In this document: piece by piece, positions 28,955 through 37,795 of the stretch | Layout: the number at the start of each line of letters is the position of its first letter | Position numbering within the stretch: the stretch's first letter is position 1 | Virus record (IMG/VR): IMGVR_UViG_3300042997_000183 | Span: 1 to 64,000 of that record | DNA: 64,000 bases | From: a virus | Taxonomy: Duplodnaviria; Heunggongvirae; Uroviricota; Caudoviricetes | Reading direction: 5' to 3' (one strand) | Program-made: the position numbers and the translations under genes | Notes under the pieces: generated by a model | The model's database searches: none | Seen by the model: the letters and a program-made list of their open reading frames with translations, nothing else | What the model was told of the DNA's origin: nothing

Positions 28955-30118
28955 ATGGCTGATTTTTCATTAACTACCCTCTTCGTAGTTCCAGTAGGAA
29001 ACACTCTACCTAGCTCTGGTTCTACGCAAAACTTGACCGCAGGTCAGTTTGGTATCTTTAGAAGCGATTACACTGTAGCTACTGCAGGTAACATTGCTGC
29101 TAAACCGTACTTCTATTTAGCTCAAGGTAGAGTTAACACTTATTTACAAGGATCTAAGCGTTCAGACAAAATTTCTGGATGTCCTACAGGTTCTTCTTGC
29201 AAATCAAACGTTACAGAATGGTACAAGGTGACTGGTAACCCAGTTGCTGCTAACCAAGTAACTCAGATTAGTAACTTTAACGTTAAGCCAGGTGAGGTTG
29301 TAACATTCACATTACGTGCTCATTCTTCTTACATTGACACATTGTATTTCAACGGTTTCACCCGTTCTATTACAGTTGTTGCTCCTTGTTTAGAGTGTGG
29401 TGGCGATCCTTGTGCAGAAGTTGATGTTCCTGCTTTTATTGATCAAGCTATCTTAAAGTTTGAACAAGAAGCTCCAGGTAACAACCCTGACAACATTAGC
29501 TTCAACACTTTCTATCAATTCCAAAGAGTTGGTAACGATCAAAACGCTAAGTTAGTTATCTCTGGTAAACCATTAACTAAATATGGTCAACCATGTGATG
29601 TTGCTGCTTTCCCTTGGGAATACGATCGTATGTACTTCCGTACTTTTGTGTACAGTGGACCAGCTACAACTGCTGACTTCATCGTTGCTGACAATTGTAA
29701 CATCGTTGCTGAGGCTGTAGTTACTCAACGTGCTTCTTACATATCTGGTACTTCAGATGAGATTAAGCAATTAGAGAAAAACTTCTATAGCTATCAAGCT
29801 GGTTACCTTAAACATTTGTACAGAATGGTTGGTTACAACGAGAACTTTGAGTCTTGGGTAACTGATGGTACTACTTATGACACTTATTACATTAAGTTTA
29901 ATGAGTATAACAGGTCTGAGTATCAGTGGGGCGACTATATCTATGAAGATAGCACTGTAATCATTGCTATCCCTAGTGGTGCAACTGCTGCAATCGAGGC
30001 AATTTTAGTTGCTGCTTTAGGTGCTGTTACTAATGAGAGCGGTCCTGTAACAAGTACTACTTCTACTACAACTACTGTTTGGCCTAGTACTTCAACAACA
30101 ACTACTTTGATTCCTTAA
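28955..30118 (+). CDS. Virion structural protein with a C-terminal Thr-rich tail (387 aa)
   Basis: Ends in SGPVTSTTSTTTTVWPSTSTTTTLIP. Followed by a terminator. Confidence 0.45.
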   Translation: MADFSLTTLFVVPVGNTLPSSGSTQNLTAGQFGIFRSDYTVATAGNIAAKPYFYLAQGRVNTYLQGSKRSDKISGCPTGSSCKSNVTEWYKVTGNPVAANQVTQISNFNVKPGEVVTFTLRAHSSYIDTLYFNGFTRSITVVAPCLECGGDPCAEVDVPAFIDQAILKFEQEAPGNNPDNISFNTFYQFQRVGNDQNAKLVISGKPLTKYGQPCDVAAFPWEYDRMYFRTFVYSGPATTADFIVADNCNIVAEAVVTQRASYISGTSDEIKQLEKNFYSYQAGYLKHLYRMVGYNENFESWVTDGTTYDTYYIKFNEYNRSEYQWGDYIYEDSTVIIAIPSGATAAIEAILVAALGAVTNESGPVTSTTSTTTTVWPSTSTTTTLIP

Positions 30119-30144
30119 TAGAATAAAAGTAGAATCATATAACC

Positions 30145-30198
30145 TATGCCAGAGGGTGAGAGGATATTTCTCAAGTCCTCTGGCATATTTATTTTAAA
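30145..30198 (+). terminator. Rho-independent terminator
   Basis: 11-bp perfect stem TATGCCAGAGG...CCTCTGGCATA around a 21-nt loop, then TTTATTTT. Confidence 0.6.
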
Positions 30199-30201
30199 GA
30201 C

Positions 30202-30759
30202 ATGACCTTAGATATACTAGTAGTACCAACTTATAACACATTAACATTAGGTGTAGCTGATGCATCAACCTACAATACAAATCCTCCTGTTGTTTCTTCT
30301 CCAACTCTTGAAGTAACAATGCCTGGATTTGATCCTGTATTTTTACCATTTAATGTTAATGACTTTAATATATTTAATTCGGCCTCATTAGGACTTAGTG
30401 TTGTAGGAGCTCCATTGATTCCTCTACCTGATGGAATCTATACATTAACATATTCTGTTGCTCCTGCATATCTGAACTATGTTACCAAAACCATTATTCG
30501 TGTTGACCAATTACAAGAGAAGTTTGACAATGCTTTCATGAAGCTTGATATGATGGAATGCGATCTTGCTATCAAGACACAGGCTAAGGTAAATTTAAAT
30601 AGTGTATACTACATGATTCAGGGTTCTATTGCTGCAGCTAATAACTGTGCTGTAGACACTTCTAACAAACTGTATATACAAGCAGATAAAATGCTTAACA
30701 ACTTTATTAGAACCAACTGTGGTTGTTCAGGAAATAACTACATAATTAATTTTCAATAA
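30202..30759 (+). CDS. Structural protein (185 aa)
   Basis: ORF only. Confidence 0.4.
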   Translation: MTLDILVVPTYNTLTLGVADASTYNTNPPVVSSPTLEVTMPGFDPVFLPFNVNDFNIFNSASLGLSVVGAPLIPLPDGIYTLTYSVAPAYLNYVTKTIIRVDQLQEKFDNAFMKLDMMECDLAIKTQAKVNLNSVYYMIQGSIAAANNCAVDTSNKLYIQADKMLNNFIRTNCGCSGNNYIINFQ

Positions 30760-30760
30760 A

Positions 30761-30904
30761 ATGGCAAACTGTAGAGAATGTGGCATCAAAGTAGGATGTG
30801 GATGTCAATTAATTAATGGCTTATGTTCAGCATGTAATTATAAGCTGAAGCAAGCAACTCAAAGAATAAAAAATGTTATCACCAAGGCTTACAAACTGTA
30901 TTGA
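30761..30904 (+). CDS. Small Cys-rich zinc-ribbon peptide (47 aa, absent from the ORF track)
   Basis: Translates as MANCRECGIKVGCGCQLINGLCSACNYKLKQATQRIKNVITKAYKLY. It overlaps the annotated start of the next ORF. Confidence 0.25.
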   Translation: MANCRECGIKVGCGCQLINGLCSACNYKLKQATQRIKNVITKAYKLY

Positions 30905-31139
30905 TTGTACAACTATACCTGTACTATTAAATGATATTGATTGCAAGTTAACAGACTTGGCAAATAATCAATATAATAATATCGTATTCTCTTTAAATTA
31001 TCCTGTACCAGGAGTTGTAATTGGTGACTTACTAAACTATAAAAGAATCTTAGTTTACAAATATTGTAACCCTGACTACTGTAGTCAATTTACTGTGAAG
31101 ATGATAGCGAGTAAAGTAAAACTTTTAATTCATAAATAA
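30873..31139 (+). CDS. Hypothetical Cys-containing protein (88 aa)
   Basis: ORF. Its true start may be downstream of the 47-aa ORF. Confidence 0.3.
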   Translation: MLSPRLTNCIDCTTIPVLLNDIDCKLTDLANNQYNNIVFSLNYPVPGVVIGDLLNYKRILVYKYCNPDYCSQFTVKMIASKVKLLIHK

Positions 31140-31147
31140 TTTATAAA

Positions 31148-32257
31148 ATGTCTTGTACAAATTGTTATAACGGTTGTGTAGAGATTGTTTCTGATAAATG
31201 TGTTAGATATACAGGAGACCCTATCCCTTCTTTAGGAATAGATACTGGTGATAACCTTCTTGTTGTAGAGCAAGCTCTTATTAATAAAGTGATTAGTTTT
31301 CTAGATGGAACAGGAATCTCTATCGATATAGATCTAGATGATTATTGTAATCTAGTTACACAGTATCTTCCTCCTTGTTTCCCTACGTGTGGAACTCCTT
31401 CTGCTTTAGATTTATTTACAGCTTTAGTAAAAGCTGCGTGTGATTTACAGGTACAAGTTGATGCTGTAGAAGCTGATATTGCTGTATTGAATGCAGATTA
31501 TAACATAGGTTGTCTTACAGGTGTAACAGCCTCTTCTGATACACATGCTGTTGTTCAGGCTGTTATTACAAAGCTTTGTCAATTAGGTGTAGACTTAACG
31601 GCATTAGCTTTAAACGTAAGTACAAACTACGTAAAGCTTGCTGATCTAAATGGTTTAATCCAAGCTTACTTAAATAGTCTTGCTCCTACACAGAACTATA
31701 CAAAGATGGTTCCTTATACAGCTGTAGAATACTATGGTTCATTGACCTACTTTGATATCACTGGAGCAGGTATTGCTGCTGACGGGTTTGATAAAATCTA
31801 TCTATGTAATGGCTTAAATGGAACTCCTGATAAAAGAGGACGTGTTCCTGTAGGTGCTATTGTTGGTATGGGTGGTGGAACTTTAGATCCTGCTGTTAAC
31901 CCTATTAACGTTGGTAACCCTAACTATGCTCTTGGAGATGGTGGTGGTGTTAACACTATAATATTAAACAGCACACAAATCCCTGCACACTCACACTCTG
32001 TTGTAGTTACTGATCCTGGTCACGTACATGCTCCTGGTAGCTCTATCTTTAGAGGTAACAGAACTACAGATGACTCTGGTGGAACACAATGTGTTGCTAC
32101 ACAATTAACAAATAGTGATCCAGCACTCACTGCTCCTCAGTATACAGCAACTGCCACTACAGGTATAAATGTAACCGTTGGTAATACAGGTGGTGGATTA
32201 GGTCATGCTAACATTCAACCTGTACGCGCGTGCTACTACATCATGTACATCCCTTAA
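31148..32257 (+). CDS. Tail fibre protein with a C-terminal phage tail-collar domain
   Basis: KIYLCNGLNGTPDKRGRVPVG...GNTGGGLGHANIQPVRACYYIMYIP matches the tail-collar fold signature (L.CDG...P..RGR.P.G...G..GG...H.N.QP......YI). Confidence 0.6.
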   Translation: MSCTNCYNGCVEIVSDKCVRYTGDPIPSLGIDTGDNLLVVEQALINKVISFLDGTGISIDIDLDDYCNLVTQYLPPCFPTCGTPSALDLFTALVKAACDLQVQVDAVEADIAVLNADYNIGCLTGVTASSDTHAVVQAVITKLCQLGVDLTALALNVSTNYVKLADLNGLIQAYLNSLAPTQNYTKMVPYTAVEYYGSLTYFDITGAGIAADGFDKIYLCNGLNGTPDKRGRVPVGAIVGMGGGTLDPAVNPINVGNPNYALGDGGGVNTIILNSTQIPAHSHSVVVTDPGHVHAPGSSIFRGNRTTDDSGGTQCVATQLTNSDPALTAPQYTATATTGINVTVGNTGGGLGHANIQPVRACYYIMYIP

Positions 32258-32276
32258 TCGATTAAACTAAATTATA

Positions 32277-33632
32277 ATGGCTTGCGTACCTGGTACCCCT
32301 TGCTTTGAGAATACAGTGAATGCCTATTATCCACAGCAATGTAATAATGGAGCATTTGCTGGTTATCCTATTCCTACATCAGCTGTTCAATATAATGGCC
32401 CAGATCTTCCTAACTCAGGAATTGATACAGGGGATATATTGACATTAGCTTTGCAGAAACTAGATAACGCACTTGAACCTATAGAGTTAGTACAAACCCT
32501 CATCACTGTAATTAATCAGAACCCATCTTTAAAGGTGATGTTCTGTACATTGGTAAACTCTTGTGCCATCACTCCAACTACAACTACTACATCTACAACT
32601 GTTATACCAATAACAACTACAACCACCACATCTACAATAACACCAACAACTACAACATCTACTACCAGCAGTAGCAGTACAACAACAACAACAACTACCG
32701 CTGTTCCTATTACAACCACTACAACATCTACATCTAGTTCTACATCAACAACAACTAGTACATCTACTACTACATCTACTAGTACATCTACTAGCACTAC
32801 AACGACTACTACCACTGCTACTCCTTTATCTATATGGTACCAAATAACAAACTGTGAAGATAGTTCTATAGCATATTCTGAAGAGTATCCGTTTGGAACA
32901 TTTGCAATTAATGATAGGGTAACCTCTCCAGGAAATACATGGGTAGTTACAGGATCTGTGACAACAAACCCAGGAGGTACGTTGTATGCAATTGCAGCAA
33001 CAGGATTTGTTGGATGTCCAGGTTCTACAACAACAACTACTACTACCATAACTCCAACTACCACCACAACAACTACTTCAAGTAGCACAACTACAACAAC
33101 CACTACAGCTACTCCAACAACAACCACAACTACTACTTCTGTTCCAATACCACCAGGTACTTACACAGTTGGTCAAGCAGCATTAGGTGGTATCATAGCT
33201 TATATTCTACAATCTTTTGATCCAGGATATGATCCACTTTCTCAACATGGACTAGTAGCTGCTGTATCAGATGTTTCAACAGGTGCAGCCTGGGGATGTA
33301 CTGGTACACTTATATCAACTCAATATGCACTAGGTACAGGTAATCAAAATACAATTGATATCATGGCAGGCTGTCCTACTGCAGGAATTCCAGCTAGACT
33401 ATGTGGAGATTTAGTAGAAGGTGGATACAGCGATTGGTACTTACCAAGCCAACAGGAACTAGAGCGTATATACCCAAATAAAGTTGCAATTGGTGTTTAT
33501 GCAAATGTTCCATATTGGACTTCTACAAGTGGTAGTGCAAACTTTGCATCTGCTATAAACTTTTTAAATGGAACTGGACTTGGTGATAATAAGTCTAATT
33601 CATATCGTGCTAAAGCAATAAGAAGCTTCTAA
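32277..33632 (+). CDS. Tail fibre / receptor-binding protein with poly-Thr linkers and a C-terminal DUF1566-like domain
   Basis: N-terminus is homologous to the preceding fibre (…P.P….GIDTGD.L…). Long T/S tracts. C-terminal GGYSDWYLPSQQELERIY resembles the DUF1566 signature (sdWRLPt..EL). Confidence 0.55.
   Translation: MACVPGTPCFENTVNAYYPQQCNNGAFAGYPIPTSAVQYNGPDLPNSGIDTGDILTLALQKLDNALEPIELVQTLITVINQNPSLKVMFCTLVNSCAITPTTTTTSTTVIPITTTTTTSTITPTTTTSTTSSSSTTTTTTTAVPITTTTTSTSSSTSTTTSTSTTTSTSTSTSTTTTTTTATPLSIWYQITNCEDSSIAYSEEYPFGTFAINDRVTSPGNTWVVTGSVTTNPGGTLYAIAATGFVGCPGSTTTTTTTITPTTTTTTTSSSTTTTTTTATPTTTTTTTSVPIPPGTYTVGQAALGGIIAYILQSFDPGYDPLSQHGLVAAVSDVSTGAAWGCTGTLISTQYALGTGNQNTIDIMAGCPTAGIPARLCGDLVEGGYSDWYLPSQQELERIYPNKVAIGVYANVPYWTSTSGSANFASAINFLNGTGLGDNKSNSYRAKAIRSF
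32560..33140 (+). repeat. Degenerate ACN/TCN trinucleotide repeat tracts encoding poly-Thr/Ser linkers
   Basis: Long runs of act/aca/acc/tct codons. Similar tracts occur at 30050-30110, 33880-33960 and 42200-42600. Confidence 0.7.
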
Positions 33633-33654
33633 TATTAAAATCAATAAATAAATT

Positions 33655-34230
33655 ATGACAGTATTAATTACATTAACGACAGCTGGCACCTCAACAGGAC
33701 CATTTAGTCTATATTCAAATGTAGATTCGTATTCTACACCATTTGTAACAGGTGTATCAAGATCTAGCTTATTGGCTGGATATACATCTACAGTAGTTCC
33801 AAACGGTACAACAATCGTTCGTGTTATGTCTACAGGAACATGTACAAACTATACAGATATATCTGTAGTGCCATGTTCTACAACCACTACAACTAGTACT
33901 AGTACATCTACAACCACTACAACCACAACCACAGTTCCTCCAACAACAACCACAACTACCACATCTTCAAGCCCAGTGATGTATACAATTAATTCAGGAG
34001 CATCTGGTACTTCTGGTGAGGCTTGTGGTCAATCCCCAACAATATCAGTATGGGCTCAACCTGGATTTACTGTACCATTTGTTACAATGATACTTTATAC
34101 AATACAATCACCTCTATCAAATCCATTCATTGGTTCACCAGGTTGGCACAAATTAATTGGACCATCAGGTACATATGCTGTTGAAATCACTACAGCTGGT
34201 GAGATTACAAATTATGTAACTTGTCCATAA
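33655..34230 (+). CDS. Small fibre-associated or distal tail protein with a poly-Thr linker (191 aa)
   Basis: CSTTTTTSTSTSTTTTTTTTVPPTTTTTTTSS tract between two small domains. Confidence 0.4.
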   Translation: MTVLITLTTAGTSTGPFSLYSNVDSYSTPFVTGVSRSSLLAGYTSTVVPNGTTIVRVMSTGTCTNYTDISVVPCSTTTTTSTSTSTTTTTTTTVPPTTTTTTTSSSPVMYTINSGASGTSGEACGQSPTISVWAQPGFTVPFVTMILYTIQSPLSNPFIGSPGWHKLIGPSGTYAVEITTAGEITNYVTCP

Positions 34231-34268
34231 AATATCAAAAACCTTGTTTTGTTGGTTTTACAAGGTAT

Positions 34269-34301
34269 CCCCTGGCCTTTCTAGGCTGGGGGTTTTTGTT
34301 T
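34269..34301 (+). terminator. Rho-independent terminator (CCCCTGGCC-TTTCTA-GGCTGGGGG + TTTTTGTTT)
   Basis: 9-bp stem with G-U wobbles followed by a U-tract. A second short hairpin (ACCTTGT...ACAAGGT) lies just upstream. Confidence 0.6.
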
Positions 34302-34411
34302 AAACTCTAATCAAATTGATTAATGTATATAATTAAATTGGTTAATTAAATTTTGTAAATGTCAAAATTAGTTCGTACCTTTACACCAATTTTAACTAAA
34401 TTAAACCATAT

Positions 34412-35662
34412 ATGTCTGAAAACCAATCGTTGCTACAACAGCTAGAAGAGATTCTACATTGGAAAAAGAGTAAACAATTCTATGCTGATAAGCTTGGAAT
34501 TACAGAGTTTGAGGTGGATGAGTTATTAAAAGAATTAAGAAATCAAGAGAAAAGTGAGGAAGATGCTGAGGTTGGAAATTACATTGCTGAGCTAGAGAAT
34601 GTAATAGTTAAGTTTACAGAGGACATCAGTAAGGGTGTTGGTGAGGTGGTAGCTAATTTTAGCGAAGAGGTTAAGAGCTTAGACGAACTAATTGAGAAGT
34701 GTCACATAGACACAGATAAATGGGAAATAACTAAATATGTACAGAACTTCTGGGGGAATGGTGGAAATCCCCACTGGCAGGTTAAAGCCTGGCTAGCAAA
34801 GAAGTCTACAGAACAAGTTTTTCAAGATAGTTTTATAGACTTTTTAGCATCATACCAACCTGTTAGTCAGGAAGTTATGAGTCCTAAGTTTGACCCAGAG
34901 AGACCAAATGGTATGTTGGTTATCAACAAACAAGACTCTCATTTAAACAAATGGGATGTAGATGGTAATAACAATGTACTAGATAGATTAGCTAAGATTA
35001 TGTATAAGGTGGAATTGATAGCTGCACAAGCTCAACTTTCAAACAACCTAGAAGAAATCACATACATTATTGGCTCAGATGAGTTTAATAGTGAGTACAC
35101 CAATGCAACTACAAAAGGAACCCCTCAACAGAATACACATACATATCAAACTTCATTTGAGTATATATGTGACCATGAGGTGTTAATGATTACAATGTTA
35201 TTACAATACGCTAAACATGTTAATGTAGTGTATGTAGCTGGTAATCATGATGAGTTTGTAGGATGGCACATGGTTAACTGGTTACAAACGTATTTTAGAA
35301 ATACAGACAGACTTACAATTGATAGCTCTCCTAAATACAGAAAGTATGTAAGTTATGGCAATTCAGCATTAATGTTCAATCATGGGGATGCTATTAAGCC
35401 AGCTAAACTTGCAGGACTGTTCCCAATAGAATATAGAGACCAATGGTCATTCCATAATAACTTCTATATATTCACAGGAGATAAGCATCATGAAGTGAGT
35501 CATGATTTTAACGGTATTAAATTTTACCAAATTCCAGCTTTCTCAAATGCTAAGAGCCTTTGGGATGATAAGAATGGTCACACAATGTCTAAGGCTGAAG
35601 TGACAGCATTCTTAATCGATCAAGCTGAGGGAATGACAAATATATTCAAACAGTATTTATAA
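34412..35662 (+). CDS. Calcineurin-like metallophosphoesterase (SbcD/Mre11-like motifs) with an N-terminal coiled-coil
   Basis: Ordered motifs INKQDSHL (DxH), IIGSDEF (GD), VYVAGNHDEF (GNHD/E), FNHGD and TGDKHHEV (GxHH). Confidence 0.55.
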   Translation: MSENQSLLQQLEEILHWKKSKQFYADKLGITEFEVDELLKELRNQEKSEEDAEVGNYIAELENVIVKFTEDISKGVGEVVANFSEEVKSLDELIEKCHIDTDKWEITKYVQNFWGNGGNPHWQVKAWLAKKSTEQVFQDSFIDFLASYQPVSQEVMSPKFDPERPNGMLVINKQDSHLNKWDVDGNNNVLDRLAKIMYKVELIAAQAQLSNNLEEITYIIGSDEFNSEYTNATTKGTPQQNTHTYQTSFEYICDHEVLMITMLLQYAKHVNVVYVAGNHDEFVGWHMVNWLQTYFRNTDRLTIDSSPKYRKYVSYGNSALMFNHGDAIKPAKLAGLFPIEYRDQWSFHNNFYIFTGDKHHEVSHDFNGIKFYQIPAFSNAKSLWDDKNGHTMSKAEVTAFLIDQAEGMTNIFKQYL

Positions 35663-36390
35663 TGGCAACTTTAAGGAAATTAGTTTCAGATGTACGTGCA
35701 ATGCACAAATTGTTATCAACAGATAACCTAATCACTGATAGAGTGGTGGCATCTGAGATTAAGAACAACACACTTTTATTAGTAAAACGTGAAACAAATC
35801 TCAGAAAGCTTTGGGCTACTGATACTTTGTTTACTACCATTCCTTGTTTGGAATTGGTAGAAGTTCCTATTTCTGAATGTTGTGATTATGTGGATCCTTG
35901 TACTGTAGCTAGAACAAAATATAAACTTCCTCGTATATGCGAGGGTAATTATCAATACCTCATTCAAGGTGTTTATTCAATAAACGCTATGAGTGGGCAA
36001 GGCAAAAAGTTAAAAGAGGTTACTATCAATAGATATGTCAATCTCTTAAAACTTCCAATCATCAAGAATGAGCAATACTACTGGATTGCTAATGGAGGAT
36101 ATTTATATGTAAATAATCCTTTGTTACAAGCTGTTAGAATTTCTGCTTTCTTTGAAGAAGATGTTCCTAATGAGATCATGTTTGCTGAATGCTGTTGCAG
36201 TGATAATGTTAATCTAGAAGACTATTGTAAAAACCCTCTAGATAAAGAATATGGCTGCCCTGGTTATCTAGAAAAGCAAGTGCTAGAACTGACATCTCAA
36301 AAGCTGTTATCAACCTACTTTAGATTGAAAACAGATCAAACATCAGATGGGGTGGATGGTCAAGCACCAAACACAACCAACAATAACTAA
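35662..36390 (+). CDS. Structural or tail-module protein (242 aa), Cys-containing
   Basis: ORF only. Confidence 0.4.
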   Translation: MATLRKLVSDVRAMHKLLSTDNLITDRVVASEIKNNTLLLVKRETNLRKLWATDTLFTTIPCLELVEVPISECCDYVDPCTVARTKYKLPRICEGNYQYLIQGVYSINAMSGQGKKLKEVTINRYVNLLKLPIIKNEQYYWIANGGYLYVNNPLLQAVRISAFFEEDVPNEIMFAECCCSDNVNLEDYCKNPLDKEYGCPGYLEKQVLELTSQKLLSTYFRLKTDQTSDGVDGQAPNTTNNN

Positions 36391-36866
36391 TGCGAACAAA
36401 AGTTGATTGGAGAAGCTCCAGTAAAGAAAACTACAATAATTTCTGTAAAAAGAACCCCTCTATAAAAATCTCATTTGACCAATGGAGAAACATCATCTAT
36501 TTGTATAATGAGAGCTTCAAAAACTATATTCTAGAAACTGGAGAGAAAGCTAAGCTTCCTTTTGGATTTGGTGACTTCTCAATCAATAAGAAGAAGAGGA
36601 AGAAGATGAAACTAATTGATGGTAAGGAATATGTTAACCTACCAGTTGATTGGAAAAGATCTAAAGAGAAGGGTAAAATAATCTACAACTTTAATTACCA
36701 CACTGAAGGATATTTCTTTGGGTGGATGTGGTTTAGAGAATCAGCCAGATTCAAGAACATGAAACTCTGGTATTTCAAACCATCTCGTACAACCTCTAGG
36801 TTACTATCTCACTACCTAAAAACCAACGATCAATATCAACATATTTATCGTGAATGGAAAAAATAA
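36390..36866 (+). CDS. Basic protein (158 aa)
   Basis: ORF with a KKKRKKMK patch and W/F/Y-rich. Confidence 0.4.
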   Translation: MRTKVDWRSSSKENYNNFCKKNPSIKISFDQWRNIIYLYNESFKNYILETGEKAKLPFGFGDFSINKKKRKKMKLIDGKEYVNLPVDWKRSKEKGKIIYNFNYHTEGYFFGWMWFRESARFKNMKLWYFKPSRTTSRLLSHYLKTNDQYQHIYREWKK

Positions 36867-36871
36867 AATAA

Positions 36872-37795
36872 ATGTCATATTACTACAAGTATAACTTCAT
36901 CTCCCCTGAGCCTGTCTATTCGACTGTAAAAGAAGAGTTTAAAAGCTACTTCGATACAGGTGCTGTAGATGATTTGTTATTCCCTACATACCTGGATAAA
37001 TGTCTTAGGAAACTAGGAAGGTCTTCTTATGTTATTAGCGAACAGCTTCTATATATTGAGGACTTTGAAGCTAGGCTTCCTGATAACTTCTTTGCTGTGA
37101 GAGAGGCTTGGTTATGTACATCAATCCCTGGCTATCCTTATCAAACAGCTAATTCATTCTATTCTCAAGCAGCTTCACAAACAACAATACAGGTGAGTCC
37201 TGTTATTTCTGGAGGAGCTCCTTGTACCAATCTAGAATGTACAACAGGTTGTCCTACGTGCATGCCTGAGCTTATTCAAGCTGTATACAAGACCAATCAA
37301 CAAGTGGCTGTAGAATATCATAGACAATACTTATTAAAACCAGGTAACATCTCTGTACAAGCTCATTGTGCACTAGACTGTGCAAACTTTGGTAGTTCTG
37401 CTGCTGATTCATTTGACATTAGAGATAACAAGTTTGTAACCAATTTTAGAAATGGTGTGGTTCATTTGATATTCTATTCTACAGCATATGATGGAATAGG
37501 TAACCAATTGATTCCAGATAACTATCGTGTTAGAGAGTTTGTTGAGGCTTTCATCAAATACAAAATGATGGAAACACTTACTAACCAAACTAACGATGAG
37601 ACATATAATCAGCTAGAGAGGAAGATGATAAACTATAAACAGATGGCTGATGAAGCATTTATCATGGCTGACATTGAGGTGAAGAAGCAAGATGCTTGGG
37701 CTAAGCAAAGAAGAATCATCCAAGACTTAAACAGATTTAACAGATACGAACTACCAAATAGAAGTTACAGATATGGCTGGAGAAGAAACAACTAA
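36872..37795 (+). CDS. Structural protein (307 aa)
   Basis: ORF only. Confidence 0.4.
   Translation: MSYYYKYNFISPEPVYSTVKEEFKSYFDTGAVDDLLFPTYLDKCLRKLGRSSYVISEQLLYIEDFEARLPDNFFAVREAWLCTSIPGYPYQTANSFYSQAASQTTIQVSPVISGGAPCTNLECTTGCPTCMPELIQAVYKTNQQVAVEYHRQYLLKPGNISVQAHCALDCANFGSSAADSFDIRDNKFVTNFRNGVVHLIFYSTAYDGIGNQLIPDNYRVREFVEAFIKYKMMETLTNQTNDETYNQLERKMINYKQMADEAFIMADIEVKKQDAWAKQRRIIQDLNRFNRYELPNRSYRYGWRRNN

Noticed and set aside
32516-33127. 203-aa minus-strand ORF rich in Val (VVVVV...)
   Set aside because: It is the antisense reading of the ACN-repeat poly-Thr linker of the plus-strand fibre gene. Low-complexity artefact.
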